Below, one piece after another: positions 12,901-26,300 of a stretch of DNA of 64,000 bases. Every line of letters starts with the position of its first letter. Positions within the stretch are counted from its first letter, which is position 1. The DNA comes from the human T2T-CHM13v2.0 reference genome, Homo sapiens. The notes beneath the pieces are model-generated. The model saw only the letters and a program-made list of their open reading frames with translations. It ran no database searches and was not told the origin of the DNA. Made by a program: the position numbers and the translations under genes. The stretch lies in assembly GCF_009914755.1 (NCBI RefSeq), contig NC_060933.1; one strand, written 5' to 3'.

Positions 12901-15900
12901 AATAGAATGGAATGGAATGGAATGGAATGGAATGAACCCGTGAGCAATGGAATGGAATCGAATGGAATGGAATCGAATGGAATGGATTCAACTCGAATGG
13001 AATGGAAAGTAATGGAATCAACCCGAGTGGAATGGCATGGAATGGAATCGAATGGAATGGAAAGGAATGGAATCAACCCGAGTGCAGAGGAATGGAATGG
13101 AATGGAAGGCAATGGATTGGAATGAAATGGAATGGCATGGAATGGAATGGAATCAACCCGAGTTCAATGGAATTGAATGGAATGGAATGGAATGGAATGG
13201 AATGGAATAAACTCGATTGCAAAGGAATGGAATGGAATGGAATGGAATGGAATGGAATGGAATGGAATGGAATTAACCCTAATAGAATGGAATGGAATGG
13301 AATAGAATGGAATGGAATGGAAGGGAATGGAATGGAATGGAATGGAATTAACCCGAATAGAATGGAATGGAATGGAATTGAATGGAATGGAATGGAATGG
13401 AATCAACTCGATTTCAATGGAATGGAATGGAATGGAATGGAATGGAATCGAATGGAATCCACCCGAGTGCAGGGGAATGGAATGGAATAGAATGCAATGG
13501 AATGGAATCATACGGAATGGAATGGAATGGAATGGAATGGAATGGAATGGAAAGGAATGGAAACAACCCGAATGGAATGGAATGTGATGGATTGTAAGGG
13601 AATTGAATAGAATCAATCCGAATGTAATGGAATTGAATGGAACGGAATGGAATGGAATGGAATGGAATGGAATGGAATGCAAAGGAATGGGATCAACCCG
13701 AGTGCAATGGAATGGAATCGAAAGGAATGGAATGGAATGGAAAGGCTTCACCCCGAATGGAATGGAAAGGAATGGAATCAACCCGAGTTGAATGGAATGG
13801 AATGGAATGGAATGGAATGGAATGGAATGGAATGGAATGGAATGCAATGGAATGGAACGGAATCGAATCAACCCGATTGCAATGAAACTGAATGGAATGG
13901 AATGGAATGGAATGGAATTAACCCAAATAGAATGGAATGGAATGGAATGGAATGGTATGGAATGGAATGGAACGGAATGGAATGGAATGGAATTGAATGG
14001 AATCAACCCGGGTGCAGGGGAATGCAATTGAATGGAAGGCAATGGAATGCAATCATCCGAAATGGAATGGAATTGAAAGGAATGGAATGGTTTCAACCCG
14101 AATGGAATGGAATGGAAAGGAATCAACCCGAGTGGAATGGCATGGAATGGAATGGAATGGAATGGAATGGAATGGAATGGAATGGTATGGAATAGAATGG
14201 AATGGAACGAAATGGAATGGAAGGGAATGGAATGGAATGGAATGGAATCAACCCGACTGCAATGGAATGGAGTGGAATGGAATGGAATGGAATGGAAACA
14301 ACCCGAATGGAATGGAATGTAATGGAGTGTAAGGGAATTGAATACAATCAATACGAATGTAATGGAATGGAATGGAACGGAATGGAATGGAATGGAATGG
14401 AATGGAATGGAATGGAATGGATTCAACCCAAATGGAATGGAAAGCAATGGAATCAACCCGAGTGGAATGGCATGGAACGGAATGGAATGGAATGGTATGG
14501 AATAGAATGGAATGGAAACAAATGGAATGGAATGGAATGGAATGGAACGGAATGGAATGGAAAGGAATGGAATGGAATGGAATGGAATAGAATGGAATGG
14601 AACGAAATGGAATGGAATGGAACGGAATGGAATGGAATCAATCCGAGTGGAATAGAAGGGAATGCAATCGAGTAGAATGGAAAGGAATGGAATCAACCAG
14701 AGTGGAATGGAAGGGAATGGAATGGAATGGAATGGAATGGAATGGAATGGAATGGAATCAAGTCGATTGCAATGGAATGTAATGGAATGGAGTGGAATGG
14801 AATTAACGCGAATAGAATGGAATGGAATGGAATGGAATGGAATGGAATCAACCTGAGTGCAGGGGAATGGAGTGCAATGGAATGCAATGGAATGCAAAGG
14901 AATGGAATGGAATGGAATGGAATCAACGCGAGTACAGGGGAATGGAATTTAATGGAATGCAATGGAATGGAATCTTCCGGAATGGAATGGAATGGAATGG
15001 AATCAACCCGAGTGCAATGGAATGGAGAGGAATGGAATGGAATGGAATGGAACAACCCGAATGGAATCGAATGTAATGGAGAGTAAGGGAGTTGAATAGA
15101 ATCAATCCGAATGTAATGGAATGGAATGGAACGGAATGGAATTGAATGGTATCGAATGGAATGCAATGGAATGGAATCAACCCGAGTGCAATGGAATGGA
15201 GAGGAATGGAATGGAATGGAATGGAAACTACCCGAATGGAATGGAATGTAATGGAGTGTAAGGGAATTGAATAGAATCAATCCGAATGTAATGGAATGGA
15301 ATGGAACGGAATGGAATGGAATGGAATGGAATGGAATGGAATGGAATGGAATGGAATACAATGGAATGGAATCAACCCGAGTGCAATCGAATGGAATGGA
15401 ATGGAATGGAATGCAATGGAATGGATTCAACTTGAATGGAATGGAAAGAATGGAATCAATACGAGTGGAATGGCATGGATTGGAATGGAATGGAATGGAA
15501 TCAACCCGAGTACAGGGGAATGGAATGGAATGGAATGCAATGGAATGGAATCATCCGTAATGTAATGGAAAGGAATGGAATGGAATGGAATGGAATGGAA
15601 TGGAATGGAATGGAATCAACTCGATAGCAATCGAATGGAATGGAATGGAATTAACCCAAATAGAATGGAATGGAATGGAATGGAACGGAACGGAATGGAA
15701 TGCAATGGAATGGAATAGAATGGAATGGAACGGAACGGAATGGAATGGAATGGAATGGAATGGAATGGAATGGAATCAACGCGAGTGCAGGGAAATGGAA
15801 TTGTATGGAATGCAATGGAATGGAACCTTCCGGAATGGAATGGAATGGAATGGAATGGCATGAAATGCAATGGATTCAACTCGATTGCAATGGAATGGAA

Positions 15901-18900
15901 TAGAATGGAATGGAATGGAATGGAATGGAATTAACCCGAATAGAATGGAATGGAATGGAATGGAACGGAATGGAACGGAATGGAATGGAATGGAATGGAA
16001 TGGAATGGTATGGAATGGAATGGAATGGAATCAACCCGAGTGCAATGGAATGGAGTGGAATGGAATGGAATGGAATGGAACAACCCGAATGGAATGGAAT
16101 GTAATGGAGAGTAAGGGAGTTGAATAGAATCAGTCCGAATGTAATGGAATGGAATGCAACGGAATGGAATGGAATGGAATGGAATGGAATGGAATGGAAT
16201 GGAATGGAATCAACCCGAGTACAATGGAATGGAATGGAATGGAATGGAATGGAATGGAATGGAATTGAATGGAATGGAATGCCTTCAAACCGAATGGAAT
16301 GGAAAGGAATGGAATCAACAAGAGTGGAATGGAATGGAATGGAATGGAATGGAATGGAATGGTACGGAATAGAATGGAATGGAACGAAATGGAATGGAAT
16401 GGAATGGAATGGAATGGAATGGAATGGAATGGAATGGAATGGAATCGATCCGAGTGGAATAGGAGGGAATGTATTCGATTGGAATGGAAAGGAATGGAAT
16501 CAACCAGAGTGGAATGGAAGGGAATGGAATGGAATGGAAACTAATAGAATGGAATCAACCCGAGTGGAATGGAATGGAAAGGACTGGAATGGAATGGAAT
16601 GGAATGGAATGGAATGGAATGGAATCAACTCGATTGTAATAGAATGGAATGGAATGGAATGGAATGGCATGGAATGGAATTAACCCGAATAAAATGGAAT
16701 GGAATGGAATGGAACGGAATGGAGTGGAATGGAATGGAATCAACCCGAGTGCAGGGGAATGGAATGGAATGGAATGCAATGGAATGGAATCATCCGGAAT
16801 GGAATGGAATGGAATGGAATGCAAAGCAATTGAATCAACTCGATTGCAATGGAATGGAATGGAATGGAAAGGAATAGAATGGAATCAACCCGAGTGGAAT
16901 GGAATGGAAAGGACTGGAATGGAGTGGAATGGAATGGAATGGAATGGAATGCAATCAACTCGATTGGAATGGAATGGAATGGAATGGAATGGAATGGAAT
17001 GGAATGGAATCAACTCGATTGCAATCGAATGGAATGGAATGGAATTAACCCGAATAGAATGGAATGGAATGGAATGGAACGGAACGGAACGGAATGGAAT
17101 GGAATGGAATGGAATGGAATGGAATCAACTCGAGTGCAGGGGAATGGATTGGAATGGAATGCAATGGAATGGAATCTTCCGGAATGGAGTGGAAAGGAAT
17201 GGAATGGAATGAAATGCAATGGGTTCAACTCGATTGCAATGGAATGGAATAGAATGGAATGGAATGGAATGGAATGGAATTAATTCGAATAGAATGGAAT
17301 GGAATGTAATGGAACGGAATGGAACGGAATGGAATGGAATGGAATGGAATGGTATGGAACGGAATGGAATGGTACGGAATAGAATGGAATGGAACGAATT
17401 GTAATGGAATGGAATTGAATGGAATGGAATGGAATGGAATGGAATCAACGCGAGTGCAGGGGAATGTAATGGAACGGAATGCAATGGAATGGAATCATCC
17501 GCAATGGAATGGAATGGAATGGAATGGAATGGAATGGAATCAACCCAAGTGCAATGGAATGGAGTGGAATGGAATGGAATGGAATGGAACAACCCGAATG
17601 GAATGGAATGTAATGGAGAGTAAGGGAGTTGAATAGAATCAATCCGAATGTAATGGAATGGAATGCAACGGAATGGAATGGAATGGAATGGAATGGAATG
17701 CAATGGGATTGAATCAACCCGAGTACAATGGAATGGAATGGAATCGAATGGAATGGAAGGGAATGGAATGGAATGGAATGATACGGAATAGAATGGAATG
17801 GAACGAAATGGAATGGAATGGAATGGAATGGAATGGAATGGAATGGAATGGAATGGAATGGAATCGTTCCGAGTGGAATAGGAGGGAATGTATTCGAGTG
17901 GAATGGAAAGGAATGGAATCAACCAGAGTGGAATGGAAGGGAATGGAATGGAATGGAAACTAATAGAATGGAATCAACCCGAGAGGAATGGAATGGAAAA
18001 GACTGGAATGGAATGGAATGGAATGGAATCAACTCGATTGTAATGGAATGGAATGGAATGGAATGGAATTAACCCGAATAGAATGGAATTGAATGGAATG
18101 GAATGGAATGGAACGAAAAGGAAGGGAATCGAATGGAATAGAATGGAATGGAATGGAATCAACGCGAGTCCAGGGGAATGGAATGGAATGGAATGCAATG
18201 GAATGGAATCTTCCGGAATGGAATGGAATGGAATGGAATGGAATGGAATGGAATGGAATCAACCCGAGTGCAATGGAATGGAGTCGAATGGAATGGAATG
18301 GAATGGAATGGAACAACCCGAATGGAATGGAATGTAATGGATAGTAAGGGAGTTGAATAGAATGAATCCGAATGTAATGGAATGGAATGGAACGGAATGG
18401 AATTGAATGGAATGGAATGGAATGCAATGGAATGGAATCAACCCGAGTTCAATGGAATGGAGACGAATGGAATGGAATGGAATGGAAACTACCCGAATGG
18501 AATGGAATGTAATGGAGTGTAAGGGAATTGAATAGCATCAATCCGAATGTAATGGAATGGAATGGAACGGAATGGAATGGAATGGAATGGAATGGAATAG
18601 AATGCAATGGAATGGAATCAACCCGAGTGCAATCGAATGGAATCGAATGGAATGGAATGCAATGGAATGGATTCAACTTGAATGGAAGGGAAAGAATGGA
18701 ATCAACACGAGTGGAATGGCATGGATTGGAATGGAATGGAATGGAATCAACCCGAGTACAGGGGAATGGAACGGAATGGAATGCAATGGAATGGAATCAT
18801 CCGTAATGGAATGGAAAGGAATAGAATGGAATGGAATGGAATGGAATGGAATCAACTCGATTGCAATCGAATGGAATGGAATGGAATTAACCCGAATAGA

Positions 18901-20307
18901 ATGGAATTGAATGGAATGGAACGGAACGGAATGGAATGGAATGGAATGGAATGAAATGGAATGGAACGGAAAGGAAGGGAATGGAATGGAATAGAATGGA
19001 ATGGAATGGAATCAACGCGAGTGCAGGGGAATGGAATGGAATGGAATGCAGTGGAATGGAATCTTCCGGAACGGAATGGAATGGAATGGAATGGAATTTA
19101 ATGGAATAGAATGGAATCAACCCGAGTGCAATGGAATGGAGTGGAATGGAATGGAATGGAATGGAACAACCCGATGGAATGGAATGTAATGGAGAGTAAG
19201 GGAGTTGAATAGAATCAATCCGAATGTAATGGAATGGAATGGAACGGAATGGAATTGACTGGAATGGAATGGAATGCAATGGAATGGAATCAACCCGAGT
19301 GCAATGGAATGGAGAGGAATGGAATGGAATGGAATGGAAACTACCCGAATGGAATGGAATGTAATGGAGTGTAAGGGAATTGAATAGAATCAATCCGAAT
19401 GTAATGGAATGGAATGGAATGGAATGGAATGGAATGGAATGGAATGCAATGGAATGGAATGGAATGCAATGGAATGGAATCAACCCGAGTGCAATCGAAT
19501 GGAATCGAATGGAATGGAATGCAATGGAATGGATTCAACTTGAATGGAATGGAAAGAATGGAATCAACACGAGTGGAATGGCATGGATTGGAATGAAATG
19601 GAATGGAATCAACCCGAGTACAGGGGAATGAAATGGAATGGAATGCAATGGAATGGAATCATCCGTAATGGAATGGAAAGGAATGGAATGGAATGGAATG
19701 GAATGGAATGGAATGGAATGGAATGGAATGGAATGGAATGGAATCAACTCGATTGCAATCGAATGGAATGGAATGGAATTAACCCGAATAGAATGGAATG
19801 GAATGGAATGGAACGGAACGGAATGGAATGGAATGGAATGGAATGGAATGGAATGGAATGGAACGGAACGGAATGGAATGGAATTGAATGGAATGGAATG
19901 GAATCAACGCGAGTGCAGGGGAATGGAATGGAATGGAATGCAATGGAATGGAATCTTCCGGAATGGAATGGAATGGAATGGAATGGAATGGAATGGAATG
20001 GAATCAACCCGAGTGCAATGGAATGGAGTGGAATGGAATGGAATGGAATGGAACAACCCGAATGGAATGGAATATAATGGAGAGTAAGGGAGTTGAATAG
20101 AATCAATCCGAATGTAATGGAATGGAATGGAACGGAATGGAATTGAATGGAATGGAATGGAATGCAATGGAATGGAATCAACCCGAGTGCAATGGAATGG
20201 AGAGGAATGGAATGGAATGGAATGGAACTGAATGGAATGGAATGGAATGGAATCACCTCGAGTGCAGGGGAATGGAATGGAATGGAATGCAATGGAATGG
20301 AATCTTC
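9975..20307 (+). repeat. ~10.3 kb HOR unit, copy 1 (10333 bp)
   Basis: Once-per-unit landmarks: caacctgatt 10006, ggcttcacccc 13744, gccttcaaacc 16281. The unit start is only defined within a ~31-bp GGAAT run. Confidence 0.93.
14969..14983. promoter_or_regulatory. Perfect three-unit heat-shock element match (first of ~35; motif match only)
   Basis: gGAAt-cTTCc-gGAAt = nGAAnnTTCnnGAAn. Other copy-1 sites start at 15822, 17171, 18205, 19058, 19950 and 20299. Binding is not demonstrated. Confidence 0.5.
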
Positions 20308-23300
20308 CGGAATGGAATGGAATGGAATGGAATGGAATCAACCTGATTGCAATGGAATGGAGTGGAATGGAATGGAAACAACCCGAATGGAATGGAATGG
20401 CATGGAGTGTAAGGGAAGTGAATAGAATCAATACGAATGTAATGGAATGGAAAGGAACGGAATGGAATGCAATGGAATGGAATGGAATCCAATGGAATGG
20501 GTTCAACCCGAGTGCAATGGAATGGAATCGAAAGTAATGGAATGGAATGGAATGGATTCAACACCAATGGAATGGAAAGGAATGGAATCAACCCGAGTGG
20601 AATGGAATTTAATGGAATGGAATGGAATGGAATGCAGTGAAATGGAATCAAACCTAGTGCAATGGAATGGAATGGAATGGAATGGAATGGAATGGATTAG
20701 ATTCAACCCAAATGGAATGGAAAGCAATGGAATCAACCCGAGTGGAATGGCATGGCATGGAATGGAATGGAATGGAATGGAATGGAAGGGTACGGAATAG
20801 AATGGAATGGAACGAAATGGAATGGAATGGAATGGAATGGAATGGAATGGAATGGAATGGAATAGAATGGAATCCACCCGATTGCAGGGGAATGGAATGG
20901 AATGGAATGCAATGGAATGGAATGGAATGGATTCAACCCGAATGGAATGGAAAGGAAAGGAATAAACCCGAGTGAAATGGCATGGAAGGGAATGGAATGG
21001 AATGCAATGGTACGGAGTAGAATGGAATGGAACGAAATGGAATGGAATGGAATGGAATGGAATGGAATTGGATGGAATGAACCCGTGAGCAATGGAATGG
21101 AATGGAATGGAATGGAATGGAATGGAATGGAATGGGTTCAACTCGAATGGAATGGAAAGGAATGGAATCAACCCGAGTGGAATGGCATGGAATGGAATGG
21201 AATGGAATGGAATGGAATGGAATGGAATGGATTCAACCCGAATGGAATGGATTCAACCCGAATGGAATGGAAAGGAATGGAATAAACCCGAGTGGAATGG
21301 CATGGAATGGAGTGGAATGGAATGGAATGGAAGGGAATGGTACGGAATAGAATGGAATGGAACGAAATGGAATGGAATGGAATGGAATGGAATGGAATGG
21401 AATGGAATGAACCCGTGTGCAATTGAATGGAATCGAATGGAATGGAATGCAATGGAATGGATTCAACTAGAATGGAATGGAAAGGAATGGAATCAACTCG
21501 AGTGGAATGGCATGGCATGGAATGGAATGGAATGGAATGGAATGGAATGGAAAGGTACGGAATAGAATGGAATGGAACGAAATGGAATGGAATGGAATGG
21601 AATGAATGGAATGGAATGGAATAGAATGGAATCCACCCGATTGCAGGGGAATGGAATGGAACGGAATGCAATGGAATGGAATGGAATGGATTCAACCCGA
21701 ATGGAATGGAAAGGAATGGAATCAACCCGAGTGGAATGGCATGGAATGGAATGGAATGGAATGGAATGGAATGGTACGGAATAGAATGGAATGGAACGAA
21801 ATGGAATGGAATGGAATGGAATGGAATGGAATGGAATGGAATCAACCTGAGTGCAATGGAATGGAGTGGAATGGAATGTAATGGAACGGAAACAACCCGA
21901 ATGAAATGGAATGTAATGGAGTGTAAGGGAATTGAATACAATCAATCCGAATGTAATGGAATGGAATGGAACGGAATGGAATGGAATGGAATGGAATGGA
22001 ATGGAATGGAATGGAATGAAATGGAAAGGCAGGGAATGGAATGGAATCAACCCGAGTGCAAAGGAATGGAATGGAATGGAATGGAATGGAATGGAATGGA
22101 ATGGATTCAACCCGAATGGAATGGAAAGGAATGTAATAAACCTGAGTGGAATGGCATGGAATGGAATGGAATGGAATGGAATGGTACGGAATAGAATGGA
22201 ATGGAACGAAATGGAATGGAATGGAATGGAATGGAATGGAATCAACCTGAGTGCAATGGAATGGAGTAGAATGGAATGTAATGGAATGGAAACAACCCGA
22301 AAGGAATGGAAAGTAATGGAGTGTAAGGGAATTGAGTACAATCAGTACGAATGTAATGGAATGGAATGGAACGGAATGGAATGGAATGGAAAGGAATGGA
22401 ATCAACACGAGTGCAGGGGAATGGAATGGAATGGAATGCAATGGAATGGAATCATCCTGAATGGAATGGAATGCAATGGAATGGAATCAATCAACCCGAG
22501 TGCAATAGAATGCAGAGGAATGGAATGGAATGGAATGGAAACTACCCGAATGGAATGGAATGTAATGGAGTGTAAGGGAATTAAAAAGAATCAATCCGAA
22601 TGTAATGGAATTGAACGGAAAGGAATGGAATGGAATGGAACGGAATGGAATGGAATGGAATGAAATGGAATGGCATGGAATGGAATGGAATCAACCCGAG
22701 TTCAATGGAATGGAAAGGAATGGAATGGAATAGAATGGAATGGAATGGAATGGAATGGATTCAACCCGAATGGAATGGAAAGGAATGGAATAAACCCGAG
22801 TGAAATGGCATGGAAGGGAATGGAATGGAATGGAATGGTAAGGAATAGAATGGAATGGAACGAAATGGAATGGAATGGAATGGAATGGAATGGAATGGAA
22901 TGGAATGGAATGAACCCGTGTGCAAAGGAATGGAATGGAATGGAATGGAATGGAATGGAATGGAATAGAATGGAATGGGTTCAACTGGAATGGAATGGAA
23001 AGGAATGGAATCAACCCGAGTGCAATGGAATGGAGTGGAATGGAATGGAATGGAATGGAATCAACCCGAGTGCAATGGAATGGAATGGAATGGAATGGAA
23101 TGGAATGGAATGGAATGAATTCAACCCGAATGGAATGGAAAGGAATGGAATAAACCCGAGTGGAATGGCATGGAATGGAGTGGAATGGAATGGAATGGAA
23201 TGGTACGGAAGAGAATGGAATGGAACGAAATGGAATGAAATGGAATAGAATGGAATGGAATGGAATGGAATGGAATGAACCCGTGAGCAATGGAATGGAA

Positions 23301-26300
23301 TCGAATGGAATGGAATCGAATGGAATGGATTCAACTCGAATGGAATGGAAAGTAATGGAATCAACCCGAGTGGAATGGCATGGAATGGAATCGAATGGAA
23401 TGGAAAGGAATGGAATCAACCCGAGTGCAGAGGAATGGAATGGAATGGAAGGCAATGGATTGGAATGAAATGGAATGGCATGGAATGGAATGGAATCAAC
23501 CCGAGTTCAATGGAATTGAATGGAATGGAATGGAATGGAATGGAATGGAATAAACTCGATTGCAAAGGAATGGAATGGAATGGAATGGAATGGAATGGAA
23601 TGGAATGGAATGGAATGGAATTAACCCTAATAGAATGGAATGGAATGGAATAGAATGGAATGGAATGGAAGGGAATGGAATGGAATGGAATGGAATTAAC
23701 CCGAATAGAATGGAATGGAATGGAATTGAATGGAATGGAATGGAATGGAATCAACTCGATTTCAATGGAATGGAATGGAATGGAATGGAATGGAATCGAA
23801 TGGAATCCACCCGAGTGCAGGGGAATGGAATGGAATAGAATGCAATGGAATGGAATCATACGGAATGGAATGGAATGGAATGGAATTGAATGGAATGGAA
23901 AGGAATGGAAACAACCCGAATGGAATGGAATGTGATGGATTGTAAGGGAATTGAATAGAATCAATCCGAATGTAATGGAATTGAATGGAACGGAATGGAA
24001 TGGAATGGAATGGAATGGAATGGAATGCAAAGGAATGGGATCAACCCGAGTGCAATGGAATGGAATCGAAAGGAATGGAATGGAATGGAAAGGCTTCACC
24101 CCGAATGGAATGGAAAGGAATGGAATCAACCCGAGTTGAATGGAATGGAATGGAATGGAATGGAATGGAATGGAATGGAATGGAATGGAATGCAATGGAA
24201 TGGAACGGAATCGAATCAACCCGATTGCAATGAAACTGAATGGAATGGAATGGAATGGAATGGAATTAACCCAAATAGAATGGAATGGAATGGAATGGAA
24301 TGGTATGGAATGGAATGGAACGGAATGGAATGGAATGGAATTGAATGGAATCAACCCGGGTGCAGGGGAATGCAATTGAATGGAAGGCAATGGAATGCAA
24401 TCATCCGAAATGGAATGGAATTGAAAGGAATGGAATGGTTTCAACCCGAATGGAATGGAATGGAAAGGAATCAACCCGAGTGGAATGGCATGGAATGGAA
24501 TGGAATGGAATGGAATGGAATGGAATGGAATGGTATGGAATAGAATGGAATGGAACGAAATGGAATGGAAGGGAATGGAATGGAATGGAATGGAATGGAA
24601 TCAACCCGACTGCAATGGAATGGAGTGGAATGGAATGGAATGGAATGGAAACAACCCGAATGGAATGGAATGTAATGGAGTGTAAGGGAATTGAATACAA
24701 TCAATACGAATGTAATGGAATGGAATGGAACGGAATGGAATGGAATGGAATGGAATGGAATGGAATGGAATGGATTCAACCCAAATGGAATGGAAAGCAA
24801 TGGAATCAACCCGAGTGGAATGGCATGGAACGGAATGGAATGGAATGGTATGGAATAGAATGGAATGGAAACAAATGGAATGGAATGGAATGGAATGGAA
24901 CGGAATGGAATGGAAAGGAATGGAATGGAATGGAATGGAATAGAATGGAATGGAACGAAATGGAATGGAATGGAACGGAATGGAATGGAATCAATCCGAG
25001 TGGAATAGAAGGGAATGCAATCGAGTAGAATGGAAAGGAATGGAATCAACCAGAGTGGAATGGAAGGGAATGGAATGGAATGGAATGGAATGGAATGGAA
25101 TGGAATGGAATCAAGTCGATTGCAATGGAATGTAATGGAATGGAGTGGAATGGAATTAACGCGAATAGAATGGAATGGAATGGAATGGAATGGAATGGAA
25201 TCAACCTGAGTGCAGGGGAATGGAGTGCAATGGAATGCAATGGAATGCAAAGGAATGGAATGGAATGGAATGGAATCAACGCGAGTACAGGGGAATGGAA
25301 TTTAATGGAATGCAATGGAATGGAATCTTCCGGAATGGAATGGAATGGAATGGAATCAACCCGAGTGCAATGGAATGGAGAGGAATGGAATGGAATGGAA
25401 TGGAACAACCCGAATGGAATCGAATGTAATGGAGAGTAAGGGAGTTGAATAGAATCAATCCGAATGTAATGGAATGGAATGGAACGGAATGGAATTGAAT
25501 GGTATCGAATGGAATGCAATGGAATGGAATCAACCCGAGTGCAATGGAATGGAGAGGAATGGAATGGAATGGAATGGAAACTACCCGAATGGAATGGAAT
25601 GTAATGGAGTGTAAGGGAATTGAATAGAATCAATCCGAATGTAATGGAATGGAATGGAACGGAATGGAATGGAATGGAATGGAATGGAATGGAATGGAAT
25701 GGAATGGAATGGAATACAATGGAATGGAATCAACCCGAGTGCAATCGAATGGAATGGAATGGAATGGAATGCAATGGAATGGATTCAACTTGAATGGAAT
25801 GGAAAGAATGGAATCAATACGAGTGGAATGGCATGGATTGGAATGGAATGGAATGGAATCAACCCGAGTACAGGGGAATGGAATGGAATGGAATGCAATG
25901 GAATGGAATCATCCGTAATGTAATGGAAAGGAATGGAATGGAATGGAATGGAATGGAATGGAATGGAATGGAATCAACTCGATAGCAATCGAATGGAATG
26001 GAATGGAATTAACCCAAATAGAATGGAATGGAATGGAATGGAACGGAACGGAATGGAATGCAATGGAATGGAATAGAATGGAATGGAACGGAACGGAATG
26101 GAATGGAATGGAATGGAATGGAATGGAATGGAATCAACGCGAGTGCAGGGAAATGGAATTGTATGGAATGCAATGGAATGGAACCTTCCGGAATGGAATG
26201 GAATGGAATGGAATGGCATGAAATGCAATGGATTCAACTCGATTGCAATGGAATGGAATAGAATGGAATGGAATGGAATGGAATGGAATTAACCCGAATA

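Noticed and set aside
13164-14897. Longest ORF (577 aa, - strand)
   Set aside because: The equivalent region in HOR copies 2-4 is split or shortened by 5-bp indels (352+259 aa, 320+259 aa, 510 aa), so the frame is not conserved even among near-identical copies.
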